Source: Phoronis australis
Lineage: Eukaryota > Animalia > Phoronida
NCBI GenBank assembly: GCA_002633005.1
Contig: NMRA01000496.1
Location: 1-64,000, forward strand
Direction: 5' to 3'
Length of the DNA: 64,000 bases
The notes under the pieces were generated by a model. That model saw only the letters and a list, made by a program, of their open reading frames with translations. It was not told the origin of the DNA and searched no databases. This document shows, piece by piece, positions 1 to 13,806 of the stretch. Every line of letters starts with the position of its first letter. Within the stretch, counting starts at the first letter, position 1. A program made the translations under genes and the position numbers.

Positions 1-1977
1 GAGTTAACAATAGACTCAAAAGTAATAACCATGAGACAACCAATGCCAACAAAATAGACTCGGATTTGACAAATGTGAGTGGTTAAATACACTAAACCTA
101 ACTAAGGGAAGTTAAGAAATATTCCCATTCATTTGACATTCTAGATTTTTATAACATAAATTTTGTTTTGTATGTCACAACATGTTTGTTCTCATTGTCT
201 TCATTTCGAAGAAGCGTGAAAGAACATCAAAAAAGACCGAAGAAGTTATTGCGACTATATACATGGAAACTTTTTGCCTTCAAGGAGCATTAAACTGCCT
301 TGTCATTGTTCTTTTCATTTGAAATACAATTAAACTACATCACTATTTAACACCGGATTTCTTTATTCAAAAATGGGGTTTTTAAACAAAATTGAAATCT
401 GTCATGGTAGCAAGTTTTAAGCCTGTTATATACACAATGTAGTCATACTCAAATTGAACCTGATCAACAGAGATGTTTGAAATTTTCAGAGCTGCAATGC
501 AGAATTCCGTGTGAATGACAGATCATAAAGTTTACTAGTAAAGAATAACAATCGAATATTCAAGTGTCCTCATTACGATAATGCACTTAAGTAAATACTC
601 GGTATAATAACACGATAGTGCCCTTCCAAGCACTGTGACAAAAAATTCCTAAAAACAATATTCCCGTAAAATATATTCTTCACAGAACTCATTAATTGAA
701 ATTATAATTCCTGCAAAGCGGATTCTTGGGGAATTTTTCAGTTTATCAAAAACACGAGGACGCAAGCATAAAATATTGGTTCTTTGGCAATTTTACCAAA
801 TCTATATTGATATAAACCTGGGTTATAAATATCCGATCGGAAATTTCGAGTGTCGGCATAAATGTATTTCCACTCGTCTTTTCCAATTTGGACTCGTAAA
901 AAGTGATGTTCGAAAACAGGCGTCGCAACTCCATTGCCGCGAGTGAGAGTGACCCAATTTCTAGCTAGTATTTTTACTCTTCCGCTGGATACTACGATTG
1001 TTTTTCACACTTTATTTCGAGCGCATGGACTTATCGTGGTCACCAGTGCAAATGGTTGGTAGCATCTTCTGCCGTGTACTAAGAATGAGTGAGTTATTGA
1101 AATTGAAATTTCTAGGTCCAAAGTACACCACAAAACTCCAATAATACTCAACAAATTTCTCTTTCAAAATATTCATTCTCTTCCTGCAGTTATAGGAGCC
1201 AAGTCCTGGCCTTGTTAACATCCGAAGTAGAAGTAACGCCTGCTCTACACGTGACATTTTTTGGAATTTCTTCACTTATGACACATATTTAGTGCCAAGT
1301 AAACACAAATCGGTATCACGTGGTATTTTGTTGCTAACCAGCCTGTGTTTCCATATTGGACATTTTTCAGTGCTGTACAAAGTTGAGCTATTTTGAGGCT
1401 TTTGGTTGCATACAAAACTAGTTGTTTAATACCTTAGCAACACTAAACTCAAACCGTTCTTGGGAAACTTTGGTATATGTATTAATACGAACATCACACT
1501 GGCGGATTTCAACGATAGAGGTGCATTTTAACGGCGATTTGATGTTTTATGTTTTATGTTTGCCCCTGCAACTCCGGACAATGAGGTAAATATCTGTCTG
1601 TTAGCAAGATGATGACACACTCCGATTTTCAAGACGGCTGAGATAGTTTGCGTCACTCGGGAGCCATTTTTGTGATATTGATGAACACTTCTAGAAGCTT
1701 GATTTTAGCCGATGAACTATTGGTTATTTAAACCCTTGGAATTGCTTTAGTTACCTGCTATGCCTATCCTGTGTAATGCCAGTGCTTCGAATATAGTGAG
1801 ACATTTACATGTAACTCTACACAAAAATAAAAACAGATCCCTGAACACTTTTTTGTTCCAAAGGTTGTCAAGATTTGACTCGTTACAAACGGAACAGACA
1901 TTGTCACATCAATGAATGTGAAACCATATTTACTTGAAAATAGTAAAAAACACCTATTGCCTTTTAAGATCGGTTAA

Positions 1978-2443
1978 ATTGCGATTTTGTAAAGAGGTCA
2001 TTTAGTAAAAATTACCATAATTTCAGCTAAGTGGTGTGCTAGAAAGATAATTTTCAAAATACAAATCTTAAACGTTCAGATTTTTTCAAAGACATCAAAG
2101 AGATACAAGAACATACATGAACAAAAACGACTCAGGAAAGCCTCAACATGTAGTCACGAGACCAAACACAATTGTGATAGCTGCCAAAATTGCGTAAGAT
2201 GTTATCTTTGATGCAAACAGACGGGCTTAGAAACATCACTTGAAAACTGCATGACAACTATTTTTACACAAGAACATTTTTTGCAGGACTTACTCTAGGA
2301 AATTGTTAGCCATGACACAAAAAATTAGTGTAAATAATTCCTGTAAAACAAATTCCTAGTGGATTTGTGAGATTGTGAAATTCACGATAACTGAAAAATA
2401 ATAAACGGGTAATTTGGCATGACCTTCTCTCACAAAACGCAAT
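1978..2443. mobile_element. Degenerate MITE
   Basis: Imperfect inverted ends TTGCGATTTTGTAAAGAGGTCAT and ATGACCTTCTCTCACAAAACGCAA. Confidence 0.45.
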
Positions 2444-3059
2444 ATGCTGTATACAGGTAGTCTATTTGGCAGCCAACAATTCATTCATTGTGTTAGACGT
2501 CGTTGGTCATTGACAGGAAAAGATTAAAAGTAATTGGGCACGGACAACGCCTGTTTGAGAGCTCTCCCTTTTTGAAAACAGTGATTCTATGCAATTTGAT
2601 TCAGACAAGCCATAGAATATTAAAAAAAAATCTGAATCTGAATGGATTATAATTTATCATAAAGTATCGTCATTCATTTGACAACTGTAACCTTCCTTTA
2701 GTACATGTATGTCTCACCATCAGGGATGGCACTGTCGTTTGATTTGAAGTAAAGTTCGAGTTATAGGTGATCTTGTTGGTCCTCAATATTTTTGAGTCAC
2801 GGTTTAATTCCTACCTGAGCCAACTTCAAAAAAAATTTGCGAATGCTGGGTTGAATGGACAGTTTAAGTTGCACGTGACGGCTAAGACAGGCATTTGCTT
2901 GTTCTAAGTATACGGCTGTTGGCTTTTCACACTTTAACTCACGTTTTGCTCTGCCTTGGCTTTTCTTAAACACAAACTGCTTGCTAACGGGAAATTAAGC
3001 AGGAAATTTTCCGGAATATTCAGGAGACGTACAGATAATTTGGATTTTCAAAACATTTT

Positions 3060-3314
3060 GCTTGTCCACAATCACTTTTAACCTGAATCCTGTAATGCAG
3101 AGCATTTTGTCAGTTTCAAGGCATCTTTTTTTAACTTCTTAGTAATTGCATGCAAACCATGGTTTTGGGGTCAAACTGCTGATTGTGTTCGTATTTTTTC
3201 AAAATAACCAGCTGCACTTCCGGGATTCATAAAGATGGAAAGTATTACATTGGAATCAGTTTCAAGAGCCTTTCTTGAGTGCCACTAAGTGGTGTAATAA
3301 CACACTAATGACCC
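3060..3314 (-). pseudogene. Decayed death-domain exon
   Basis: After a CTGCAG acceptor, fragments SL*IPEVQLVILKKYEHNQQFDPKTMVCMQLLRS* and CSALQDSG*/VIVDK fit the DD pattern LGI....I......D..E...ML..W...L..AL...G...V. Stops and frameshifts present. Confidence 0.5.
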
Positions 3315-3432
3315 CTGCAGATGTGTTATTGCGGCGCAATTCAATGTTAAATCCACCAGTTTACTAAATAATATTTATATCCAAGTGGTTGTTGAGTATT
3401 CACATAAAATTGGTCACCATTGTCTCTCATAC

Positions 3433-3605
3433 CTGGTCCCTTTATTTCACTTGACAGTTTTTCCACCAGTTCTGCAAGTTCCTCCAGATGGAGCTGGTGC
3501 AGCATGTGGGTTAATTCACTGTAATCTCCAATATTAATTATCACTTCCCGCTGAAGCTGTTCAAGAAGTTCCTGAGTGCTTGTTATATTTTGCAGTACTG
3601 CTGGT
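3433..3605 (-). CDS. Exon with the C-terminal half of a death effector domain
   Basis: TTGCTTTTCAG acceptor, CAG|GTATGA donor. PAVLQNITSTQELLEQLQREVIINIGDYSELTHMLHQLHLEELAELVEKL matches the DED pattern LE.I.S..DLF..LE....I...NL..L..LL..I.R.DL...V. Confidence 0.75.
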
Positions 3606-4364
3606 CTGAAAAGCAACAAGACATTCAAAATCACATCCATCTAAAATCACGCCTGCTCACAAAAGCCTGAGCAAAAGTTGTACATGAGAATAAAAAACCT
3701 TCGTGATACAAATCAGGACGATTCCACAGTTCTCAAATAACAACATTGATGAAGATCCTCAATAGTTTTAGCTCATCAGTTTCACCCCCATGATTACCTC
3801 AGTGATGGGACTACTCTAAAAAAGAGTATCACGGGGAGGGTACTCTAAGATTTAACATTACGTATTGATATTCAAATTTCTTGAACCGATGTTAAGCCCC
3901 CGTCACACCAGAGGAGCGGTGCCACCACGGATTTTGGTCAAAACAGTCATTACGTAGTGACACCGTCAGTGGTATTTTCATAGTTTTCCCCTACCCGTCA
4001 CACATGCTTTCTTACGGTGCTACTCAGGTACAGGAGCGGAGCCACGGCGGTGTCAAGGAGGACATGGAGATTCCATGAGGTACCACTGCAGCTTGATGGC
4101 GGTGCTATTGCGATCATTGGTGGCTTGACTGCTAGGCAGCTCTACGGGACCTGTGAGGTGCCATTGTGGGGAAGGCAGTACTACTGAGGCGCTACTGCGT
4201 GGACGCTGCTGCTTCATAACGGCTCTAAGACGTACGCGCAGTGGTTAGTATATGGGAGGTGGTATTTGGTGCAATTCCGTCCCATATTTGCTCCTGCGGA
4301 GGACTTTGCTACAACTGTTATTGTTACTGTTACTGTCACATTCTGAAGCCGCTGAAACTGTCAG

Positions 4365-4635
4365 AGTGAGGAAAGCCAGCAAGAAGCACATGACGAGTCT
4401 TCACAGGATGAGCACGCTGATTGTGCTTCTGGTGCTGAAGATGCTGCAGAGTCTGACCACCAGTCCGTAACTAGCCAACCAAAGAATAAAAAGTCTGCAC
4501 TGATCTTAAAGAAGAGGACGTCATGTCGGACTTGCCATGTGGCCATCCGGAGCTTTATAACAAGAAGCTCAATGCTCATAAAGATAACATGTAGAAGGAC
4601 TCTTCGTGGGCTCAGCAAGCAGCCAGGCTTGATAA
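4365..4635 (+). pseudogene. Harbinger ORF2 (MADF/Myb-like) remnant
   Basis: Acidic stretch followed by HPELYNKKLNAHKDNM*KDSSWAQQAARL, a MADF-type motif. Confidence 0.7.
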
Positions 4636-4662
4636 GCCATTAGCATTCCTGCTGATATGGTA

Positions 4663-5354
4663 TCGCGCATCAGACGTGTATCCATCTCCACCAACATCTG
4701 TCCAGAGGAATTGGTATTCAGCGTCAACAACTCCCATCAACACCATTGAATAGAATCCTTTTTAATTGTGAAAGAAGCTTCCACTGCTGGGAGGTTTGCG
4801 AATTGCGACGTGCTTTCCACCCAGAGCCCCACAGCAAAGGGACGTCCTAGCGCTGCTTGAACTTGTCAGCTACAGCTTTACATTCGTCTTGGGTCGTAGG
4901 GCACTGGATCACCTCGTCTTTAGACGCTTCAGCAATGGCCTGGCAGACTTCCTTGACCAACACAGATACTGTGTTTGCTGGTATCCGGAAATCGAGCTTG
5001 ATTAGAGCCCAAGTGACGAAGAGATGCAGCCACATTCGTCCCTGTGTACAACGCCTTTCTGTACTTACTGTCCTTCTTTGTGATATGTGATCCAACCCTG
5101 ACAAGTAACTCATCAAACATCTCGGACTGAATCTAGGTGAGGGAATTCTGGCACCGGGCTGGACCCTCTCTACTGAACTCGACCATAAGCTGGTTGTAGT
5201 GGCCAAAATGTTCACGTCTCACATCGCCCAGCTGAGGTCTGTCCCAGTGTCTTTTTCGTCTTGGTCGTCTTCTTCTTCGCTCCAGGGCAATCATTGGTTG
5301 CTCATCTTTTGACTGGTATTGCTGCACATGCAGCAACTGCTGTATGACGATCAA
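4663..5354 (-). pseudogene. Harbinger (HARBI1-like) DDE transposase remnant
   Basis: Fragments HFGHYNQLMVE, FDELLVRVGSHITKKDSKYRKAL, FRIPANTVSVLVKEVCQAI and GALGGKHVAIRKPPSSGSFFHN*KGFYSMVLMGVVDAEYQFLWTDVG. The catalytic D of GALDGKH is lost; frameshifts present. Confidence 0.9.
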
Positions 5355-8300
5355 ATTTCTATTGTTATCTGTTATTCCGTTGAGCTTTCAATACTGACTG
5401 TCGATCTCAACTCAAGATTTTTAGAACACTGAAATTTAAGATGAAAAACGAACCTTTTATTCTAAAAATTAGGATTGCCGTAGCACTGCGCAAGCACCTC
5501 GGTGCAATCTCGGTGGAAATGTCATTGCCGCAAAAGCAGCTCAAAAACGCCGCCGTGGGATCGAAGTAGCACCGCAGTAAGATGGCCAAATTCCTCGCTG
5601 ACTCCTCAGTGGTATTCCCTTACCCTCAGTGCTTCTATGGTAGTACTGCAGTAGAACCGTTACGAGATCGCCGTAGTGTCGCCAGTCTACGTTTTAGCTG
5701 ATTGCACGCAGTTGAACTGAGGAAGCACGGCGGTGATGGAGGTGCTTCTGCGGTCCCTGTATGGTGCCACGGCGGTCATGAGAATGTACTGGTGATCCCA
5801 CTGCAGAGCATGTTCAAAGTTTCCGCCGTTCCATGGCGAAGGTCGGCGGTTTTGACAGTTTGCCGTGGTGCTACGGCGACCACTGACGGAACCACTGCGG
5901 TACCAAGAGTGGTATTTGACACAAACTTCAAATCACTTGTACTATATCTCTGGTAGATACATGTACATTGGAATCGTGTCCAATTCCACGATGATCCACG
6001 GGGGAAATAGTATTGAACAGCAAAGTAATAAATATGGCGCTGCAACAGTCTAACCCAGTCTGTAATCGTCGACAGTAGTGCACGTCAAGGTAGAAACACG
6101 TCTGTCAATTTTCATACGTGAATTTTTCTTTACACTGGTTAGTCCAATAGGTAGGAAAATTGCAAAACAGTTTATATGCATTAGGAATGACCAAAAGCTA
6201 ACACACAATATGTTGAATCCATTTAAAACATTGTTATTGTGTGTTGGATAGAATTCATTTACCATGCTTCATGAAGATCCGTGAAGGATTTAAGAAATGT
6301 AAACAACCATTTCAGACAAATTTATTAAAGATCCTGCATGACGTTTAGGACCATATACCACCACAGACGAAAAAACAAACAAACGTCATAAAGAGGTGCC
6401 ACAGCAGTCGAAACTTTCCCAAAGTCAACGTTAGCTGTGGTGTTCTCGGTAGAAATACATATGTCAGTTTTCAAAATGTTAAATATACTAGAGACTTTAC
6501 AGAGAAGTGCGTCAATAAACATTTTATAAATTCAAGAAAAATGGTCACTGGCACTAAATGGCTTAAAATACGTCAATAATATACACAGTCATAGCTATAT
6601 TCGCTTTTACACAAACTACCCTACAGTATATGCCAACTTTTACAACAATCCGTCTAAGCAAGTAATAATTACGGACGTAAAGGAGAAAACAAATAGCCAT
6701 TAGGTGGTGCCACCGTTGTGAAGAGCCATCGAAAAATTATCGTAAGCCGTCTGCGTCCCAGAAGGACCACGTATGTGTTCACAATCGTCCTTAACGTATA
6801 TGAATATGCCAATCTCATGTTAATATGTCAATCCTTAAAATAGCTTGGTATAGAGAAAGCGGACGCCAAAAACACTTAATGACAATTAAAGCGGCAAATC
6901 CGTGTTGGTGGTGCAGAAAACATGCACGTCAATTATCTCCCTGCAGAACGAGAAGACGGTGACGCATTCTTTAAAAATACCTACTTCCCAACTTTTATGA
7001 AAATTCACTCATAATTTGGAGCATACAAGCCGAATCGTAAAAACCTACATCGCAATTAAGCGGCATTCCACCGCGTAATCGGATCCGTCCAAAATTCGGT
7101 CATACCGTACAATCCATGATACGAACATGTCTGCAAAGTTGACAAACATCCATGCAGAGGTTTTGGAAATAAAACAGCGAATGAAGGACAGATGACCACC
7201 GAGCAAACGAACGTGGCACGAAAGGATGCCGGTAGAGGATGACTGTATGACGCATTCGCACATACATTGTACATGAACAGTGTAGGCATATGGGTGCATA
7301 AAACGAGAAAGGATTGAACAACATTGTAAAACAATAAACTGCAGCAAAATTGGAGGTGAAGAGAAAATATTTTTCAAAAAAAGGAATTAAAATGGTAAAT
7401 GTGTTTAATCTACGGTTCAGTTTATGAAAAAACGTATACAGTACATTATACGTGTTACCTATCTTGCACGTTCTGTTTGGAAATAGACATTTAACCCCAA
7501 GTTGTGGCTGGGTAGCAATTGATACAGGTCACTAAACAGAGTGATTATTGATTGATTGTTTCCACGATCTGGCATGGAAGGAAAACTCGACAAACCTGTG
7601 AAGCAGAGTGACTTTTGCAACTAAGAGTGTCGACAATCTATTGAGAATAAGTCACTGTTGTTTCCTCATGAAACTGTATAGCTGGCGAGCTGTTGTGAAC
7701 TGAAGTAATACCAGTTTACACGTTCTACAATTTGAGTGTTAAACCTTCCATAAAAAGTGTTAATTTCATTCACATATAAGTCCACGAGTATTTATTATTC
7801 AAAAATAATGAACTACTTCCAACTATAATGAAATTAAATTTTCATTGACAACAGCGTTTAACTACTAGGCTATCTTTGATGTTCCATCAAGATTATTTAA
7901 AAACAGTTGGAAAGCGTGAAGATAAATGAGATATCTAATAACATGGAACGTACAGGTTGATATATGAGACTCAAGTGTTGAAATTTGGTATAAGGTCACA
8001 AGTCAAACTCTACAGGCTTTGTTGTTTCAAAAAAGATTTACAGTTACTGAGATATAACTACGATTTTGAAGATATTTCGCAGAATACATGATAAGGTTCT
8101 GAAGAATTGAACCCACACAAACCTGGAACACGTTCAACATGAGACGGCGCCAGTGGTGCCATGTACACTTGTTTTTCAGTAACTCATTTCAAGCGAAATC
8201 TCGTAGTTTTGGCCATTAAAAGCTTGTTTTCGAGCAAAGGCGAGTGATTTCGTATGATTCCTCTGACAAAAATGGAGTCGTAATTCATGTTTTTGTGATC

Positions 8301-11300
8301 GATATGGCGCTCTTTGGCTATGCTGACTGAATCAACAGCTTCTTACGCATTTTGTTTCATTTTCAAATTGGCATTTCTTGACCGACCAAAGTGGTGCTGT
8401 AGAAAACTTTATGACGAAGATTGATACACGGGCGATTACTTTCAGTCACTGTGGAGCATATGATTTATTCGTAAACATGTTATGTTGTTTTTCTTACGTA
8501 ATCCAAACTTCACACAACCCCCTTAGACTTTCAAAATCACGACCAATGACACGTTCAGCAACTTCATGTAGCAGCTGTTGATGAAGTTTCCTTGCCACTC
8601 GCCGTTCTCCTGAGAATAAATAGACACATTTCTTAGTTACGTTAACATTACAGATAGCCGTTGTTGCACATGATCTAGCTGTCCTAGACATCGTTCTATT
8701 TAGTACCCCATTGAATTGAGGAGAATCACAGTTGTTGGGAGCTTTCCATCATAAATATTTCTAGTGTGTTTAATTTTGGTCGTTATTTTGGCAAAAACGA
8801 GTGGACCCCGTGATAGTTAAGTCACGAGACATTCTTTCGATGGCAGGCATGAAATATTAAAGTTCTTGAGTTTTAGCAGTACTCTAGAAAAGTGTCCAAA
8901 TTTAGCCAAAATCTTATCTGAAAAATAAACGACCATATTGATACGAAACTTTCAAACACCATGTTTTATCCATCGATTTTTAAAATTTTAGATCAGAATT
9001 TGTTTTTAAAAGTTTGATATTCAGCATGAAGCATTATCAAATATATTATTCAAAAGGTTGTTTGAAATATATTCTAAAAAATCAGTGCAGGCGGTCTGAT
9101 ACACGTTGTACCAGACGTGCGCAGGCCTCACATGTGGGCCCATTGCACTGATCACCTGATTGTTTGAAATGAACAAAGAGAGGAAACTTAGAGAACTGTG
9201 ATATACATGTGGTCTTCATCTTCAACATCTACATTAAACGAAAATTAACCATGCTATTAGAACCTTGCAGTAGTGTTGCAAGGTTACGTTATATAATCAC
9301 GTCTACTTCATACGTATATTGTGTCACTGGAATGCTACCACTACACAATACTTCCAGCACACTGAACTGGGTTCCATGATGGTGAGATTTTTCATGATGC
9401 GGACTAAAAAATGACTATACTTTGTTGTTAGCAGGAAGAACATTTGAAAATACAAAACGTTGACAACCGCTAATGGATATTCCAGCTCTTCAGCAAACTG
9501 TTTACCGTGTTTTACGTAGCCACAATACGATGTGACCATGCCTCAATACTACAGTACATAAGCTGGCAATCCAGACTGTTGGAGAATGTTGTCAAGTCTA
9601 TCAATGCGGTAGGGTGCTTCACATATAATGTACGGTAATATTTTAAGGAATGTTTCGTCATCTTACTATTTGACGTCGTCTTTCTCTGTACACCCTAGGC
9701 AAGCCGACCAGGAGGGCGTACCGACAGTGAGGTAATAAGTGAAACAAGCAAACTATACCAAGATCTTCCGACGTGGAGGGGATTCAACGGTGCAAGTGCA
9801 TGCTTGGGGGATAACTTGCATATCCAGGTAAAACTCCTAAATGCACAATTTGGCAGCGCTACAGAAATGATTGTTGTTTAGGAAACGATACCTCTTTTAA
9901 CAACACAAATGTGAAAGCGTGGGCTTTCAAACATGCCGAACCATTGGTAGTTTTGACACAGCACCTCATTTACAGGCATGTTGGAAATTTCGTGCATGTA
10001 ATGAACAGCTGCAGTCAAAGTGAATGAAAGTTGAGGTCGAAATATTGTATAATGATACTGAATACACTATTTAAATTGGGAGCGCCGATGTTTCGCTTGG
10101 GCCGTGTGGGTAAGATAATAGATTACAGATTTTAGGACGAACACCAGGTTGATTCCGGCAAAAAATCCCAGCTTATTGTACAATCCAATATCACCAACAT
10201 TGTAGTTTGTGCAGCGATCACCATTTTTTCCACTCAAGGTCAGGCTAGTAAGTTCGCTAGCATTCATATAAAACACAAACATTTCACTAAAGTGATTTTG
10301 CGAAGTATTCAGATATCTTGCTTTTTGGTAAAAATAGGGCTACGCAGTGTTTTTCCGTTATACGCCAATATGGTGAGTCAAGTTCACGCTATGGAAACTC
10401 AATTTTTCTTACCCGTTGTAATGGAGGTTAGTAGAATAGCAGATGGCGTTCCGCTTGCCGACTCTTCCTGAAACGAAAATGAAATTCAAAGCACAGAAAA
10501 AGTTAATAGTACAGCAACATACCCTCGAGGTAAATCTGTTAACCTGAAAAACACAAGACCTGGCAAAGATCTCGAAATTACTATGGATGGTTTTATGCTT
10601 TGCCTCTTAATTATTTACTGTATTTACCGGGATAATAAACAACAGGTGGGTCAAAATTGCTTCAAAACTCATTCATTTTAAGTTCATTAAAATAACATGT
10701 TTTAAATTTCGAAGAACTGTACAGAGACATTAAAATTGAAGGCCTCGGTGTTGCAATGCAATATATTTCAATGCTGTCAGATTTTTTAATATGCTGACGG
10801 GAAGTGATCCCTCGGTTGTTATCAGCATAGATAAAACAGTCCATAACAATACCATAAATAATACAAAAAGCAGTAGTTTGATCAATTACATCGGTAATTG
10901 CCACAATTTATTACCACAATACTGTACATGAACATACATATACAGTATGCAGAAGAAATAAAAACTGTTCACATGGTGCGAGTAGAGCGCTCGTAGGAAG
11001 TCCACCCGATACAGGATAAGTGCTGGTGCATCCTGGATAGTTTAATCTTTGAGCAATTTTGATTCGCAAAAAACCTTTATCTTTTGAAAAGCTTGCGAAA
11101 CACAAGGCTAAATGGATCCTAGATTGATCCGTTCTGTAGCATTGTAGAACTTTAAATTCTCTATACGTGGCGGTGATTCTTATAGTAATTGAAAAGTAAT
11201 CATGTCTGGCCACTTTAACTGGGCTTTTTCTCATCCATATATTATTGGGTTGGATTATGTGTTCTGCAAGCATAAACTAAATCATATTATTCCCCATACT

Positions 11301-12006
11301 TTGTACCCTCTTGATATTATCTGTTGTAGACAATCTGCCGCAAAAACCTGGACTAAACTCCACCCCCCCCCCCCAAGCCAAATAGAAAAATCTGAATTTA
11401 ATTCAGCTATAATAGATTTTTAAAATTTTGATAGTGATCTGGGCACGTTTCAAATTCAATCATAACAGCGAAAGGTCTGACGAAGACCCGGTTAAAATCG
11501 ATGCCTAAGCGTCTAGGTGACCTCTGGAGACGAACAGTACTGCTATGTGACGTTATTCCCAATCAGTGGCATGCCTCCTGATGTGCAATGTACTTACTCT
11601 TTTACACAAGTTTCGCACTGTTCCCACACAGTTACCAAAGCATATTCGACAGTATTTTCAATGTTTACAGTCACATGACTTCCTGTTCTGACTGAAGCTT
11701 TTACCTACGCAGTTACGTAACATCACAAAGGGGGTAGTTTGAGGCTGCAAAATACCCGAGGTATTCCCAATGAACTCTAAGACGATGGTGGTCCTATGTA
11801 GGCGTTTGTAAAGACTAAACAATTGTGAACATAGTATGTTACGTCGCTGGCGTCAGAGTTCAGCGAATGTTTCCGGGGCATTTACATGTAAATGAACTGT
11901 TGTGTTGACCGGGTGCATTCAAATGTTCGACCTGGGTGCGGCAGTCGAGTGCCAACAGTAGAACTTTTGCACCGACAGTGAAGGTTGTAACATAAGTTCG
12001 GCGGAC

Positions 12007-12895
12007 CACAGGCACCTTTAAGTAGCTCTCTACAATATATCATATAAAGAGAAAGGTACACAACTGACATTCAATATGGACGTCTGCCGGCCACTTCCGG
12101 AATAACCCAAGCACGTCAAATCTGAGAGTAATTTAACTCAAACATTTTATCTGCGACAGCAACACGTTCATTGCTTCCATTTGTTGACATATAAAGCAAT
12201 AAATATCATAAATACCTCCAGATCTTCCTAGTTCAATCCTCAACATTCAGGAACAAAGCGAAAAGCAAGAAGGCCTCGTATCAGTTTCGTCTAATGCGCA
12301 TGCTCATAAGGTCCCTCGCGACATCTTCAGAGCGCTGACATCAACTAAAAACAGCAACATTCAGAGAAGAGGCTCTTGACAGTAATTTACGAATATGTCG
12401 TCCTACCTAGCATGAGCATGTGAAAAAGCAGAGCTGTCTGTGGCCTCTTGAAAGTTTGACCTATTTTTGCTGTACCCAATCAGCGTGCTCATAGAGTAAC
12501 ATATAAATAATGTAAATTACTGTCAAGAGCCTCTTCTCTGAATGTTGCTGTTTTTAGTTGATGTAAGCGCTCTGAAGATGTCGCGAGGGACCTTATGAGC
12601 ATGCGCATTAGACGAAACTGATACGAGGCCTTCTTGCTTTTCGCTTTGTTCCTGAATGTTGAGGACTGAACTAGGAAGATCTGGAGGTATTTATGATATT
12701 TATTGCTTTAGATGTCAACAAATGGAAGCGATGAACGTGTTGCTGTCGCAGATAAAATGTTTGAGTTAAATTACTCTCAGATTTGACGTGCTTGGGTTAT
12801 TCCGGAACTGGCCGGCAGACGTCCATATTGAATGTCAGTTGTGTACCTTTCTCTTTATATATTATATTGTAGAGAGCTACTTAAAGGTGCCTGTG
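12007..12895. mobile_element. Foldback MITE with ~385-bp near-perfect inverted arms and 7-bp TSD
   Basis: Arms ~12007-12390 and ~12512-12895; termini CACAGGC...GCCTGTG; flanking direct repeat GGCGGAC at 12000-12006 and 12896-12902. Confidence 0.92.
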
Positions 12896-13323
12896 GGCGG
12901 ACTAACTGGGGACCACGAGATAACGGTGTTCATATCGGATGCTGAAAGGAAGGCACTGACCAAAAATACACGATGTACAAGCTATGTGGAATACTAAGCT
13001 GGGCTCTAACTCGGTAATATTAGTTTGGGTGCCACATGGACATAGTCAACACAGTTAGGATACATATTAGTGTTTGTGTGTAAACGCTTACGGTTGAAGC
13101 TTAGTTAATTATTGTTTATTTAAATGTAACTTTTCTACTGAATTGTCTGATTAAAGTCACGTCGTGACTGCGTTTCCTGGTTTACTTTTATAGAACCAAA
13201 AGTGACTTGGGCAGTTCATTTTGCCATCCCCAATGAAGTGTATGTCATTAAAACTCATTCGCATTTTCCCGTTGCTCCCAAGTTGTTCGATTCTATAGCC
13301 CAACAACATGTTGGGAAGTTTAC

Positions 13324-13676
13324 CCCTGCAGCCAATATCTTACATCACTGATTAACTCCATTCTGGCATTGATGACTGGATGGCCAGCTCTCTTTTGTTC
13401 GATAATTGCTCTAATCTCCAATAAGATCATACCTACCTTGACTGGGCTCTGCTTTAAAAAAGAAAAGTTAAGTAATACCATATCTGAACATAAAGCAATA
13501 GCATTTCTGAAATCTTTCTCAAATGTCAAAAGATGATCATTGTTTAGTTTGTGAATCGCCAAAATCCCACAACTTCAACTGAAGTTACAATAATCTACTC
13601 TTTCTGAACACACCAATTCACTCTGAGTTTCCCAGCGTTCACACGTGGTCTGTACTAGGCCTGGTAAATTATTGGC
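13324..13676 (-). pseudogene. Exon segment with the N-terminal half of a DED (in-frame TGA at 13575-13577)
   Basis: Reads ...VGMILLEIRAIIEQK...MELISDVRYWLQ GG|GTAAAC. The phase-2 donor matches the phase-2 acceptor at 3606. Confidence 0.6.
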
Positions 13677-13806
13677 CTGCTTGTTGTCATAACAGACAAA
13701 AAAGTGTTCTTGGCAGTTAACAAATAAGCTAGATGTTATAACATGCACGTCTGGTTAAGTCACCGAACGGGAAATCACTGTCACGATAGGGTCAAGTTCG
13801 TCTGAA

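Larger units (their letters stand above)
3895..5927. mobile_element. Degenerate, internally deleted PIF/Harbinger DNA transposon
   Basis: Convergent transposase and MADF-like remnants. Left end tta|AGCCCCCGTCACAC; degenerate right end ...TTTGACACAAACT|tca. GC-rich subterminal CCGT/ACGG motifs at both ends. Confidence 0.85.

Noticed and set aside
13575-13577. In-frame TGA as selenocysteine or readthrough
   Set aside because: Neighbouring segments carry many other stops and frameshifts and I saw no SECIS element; ordinary decay is the simpler explanation.
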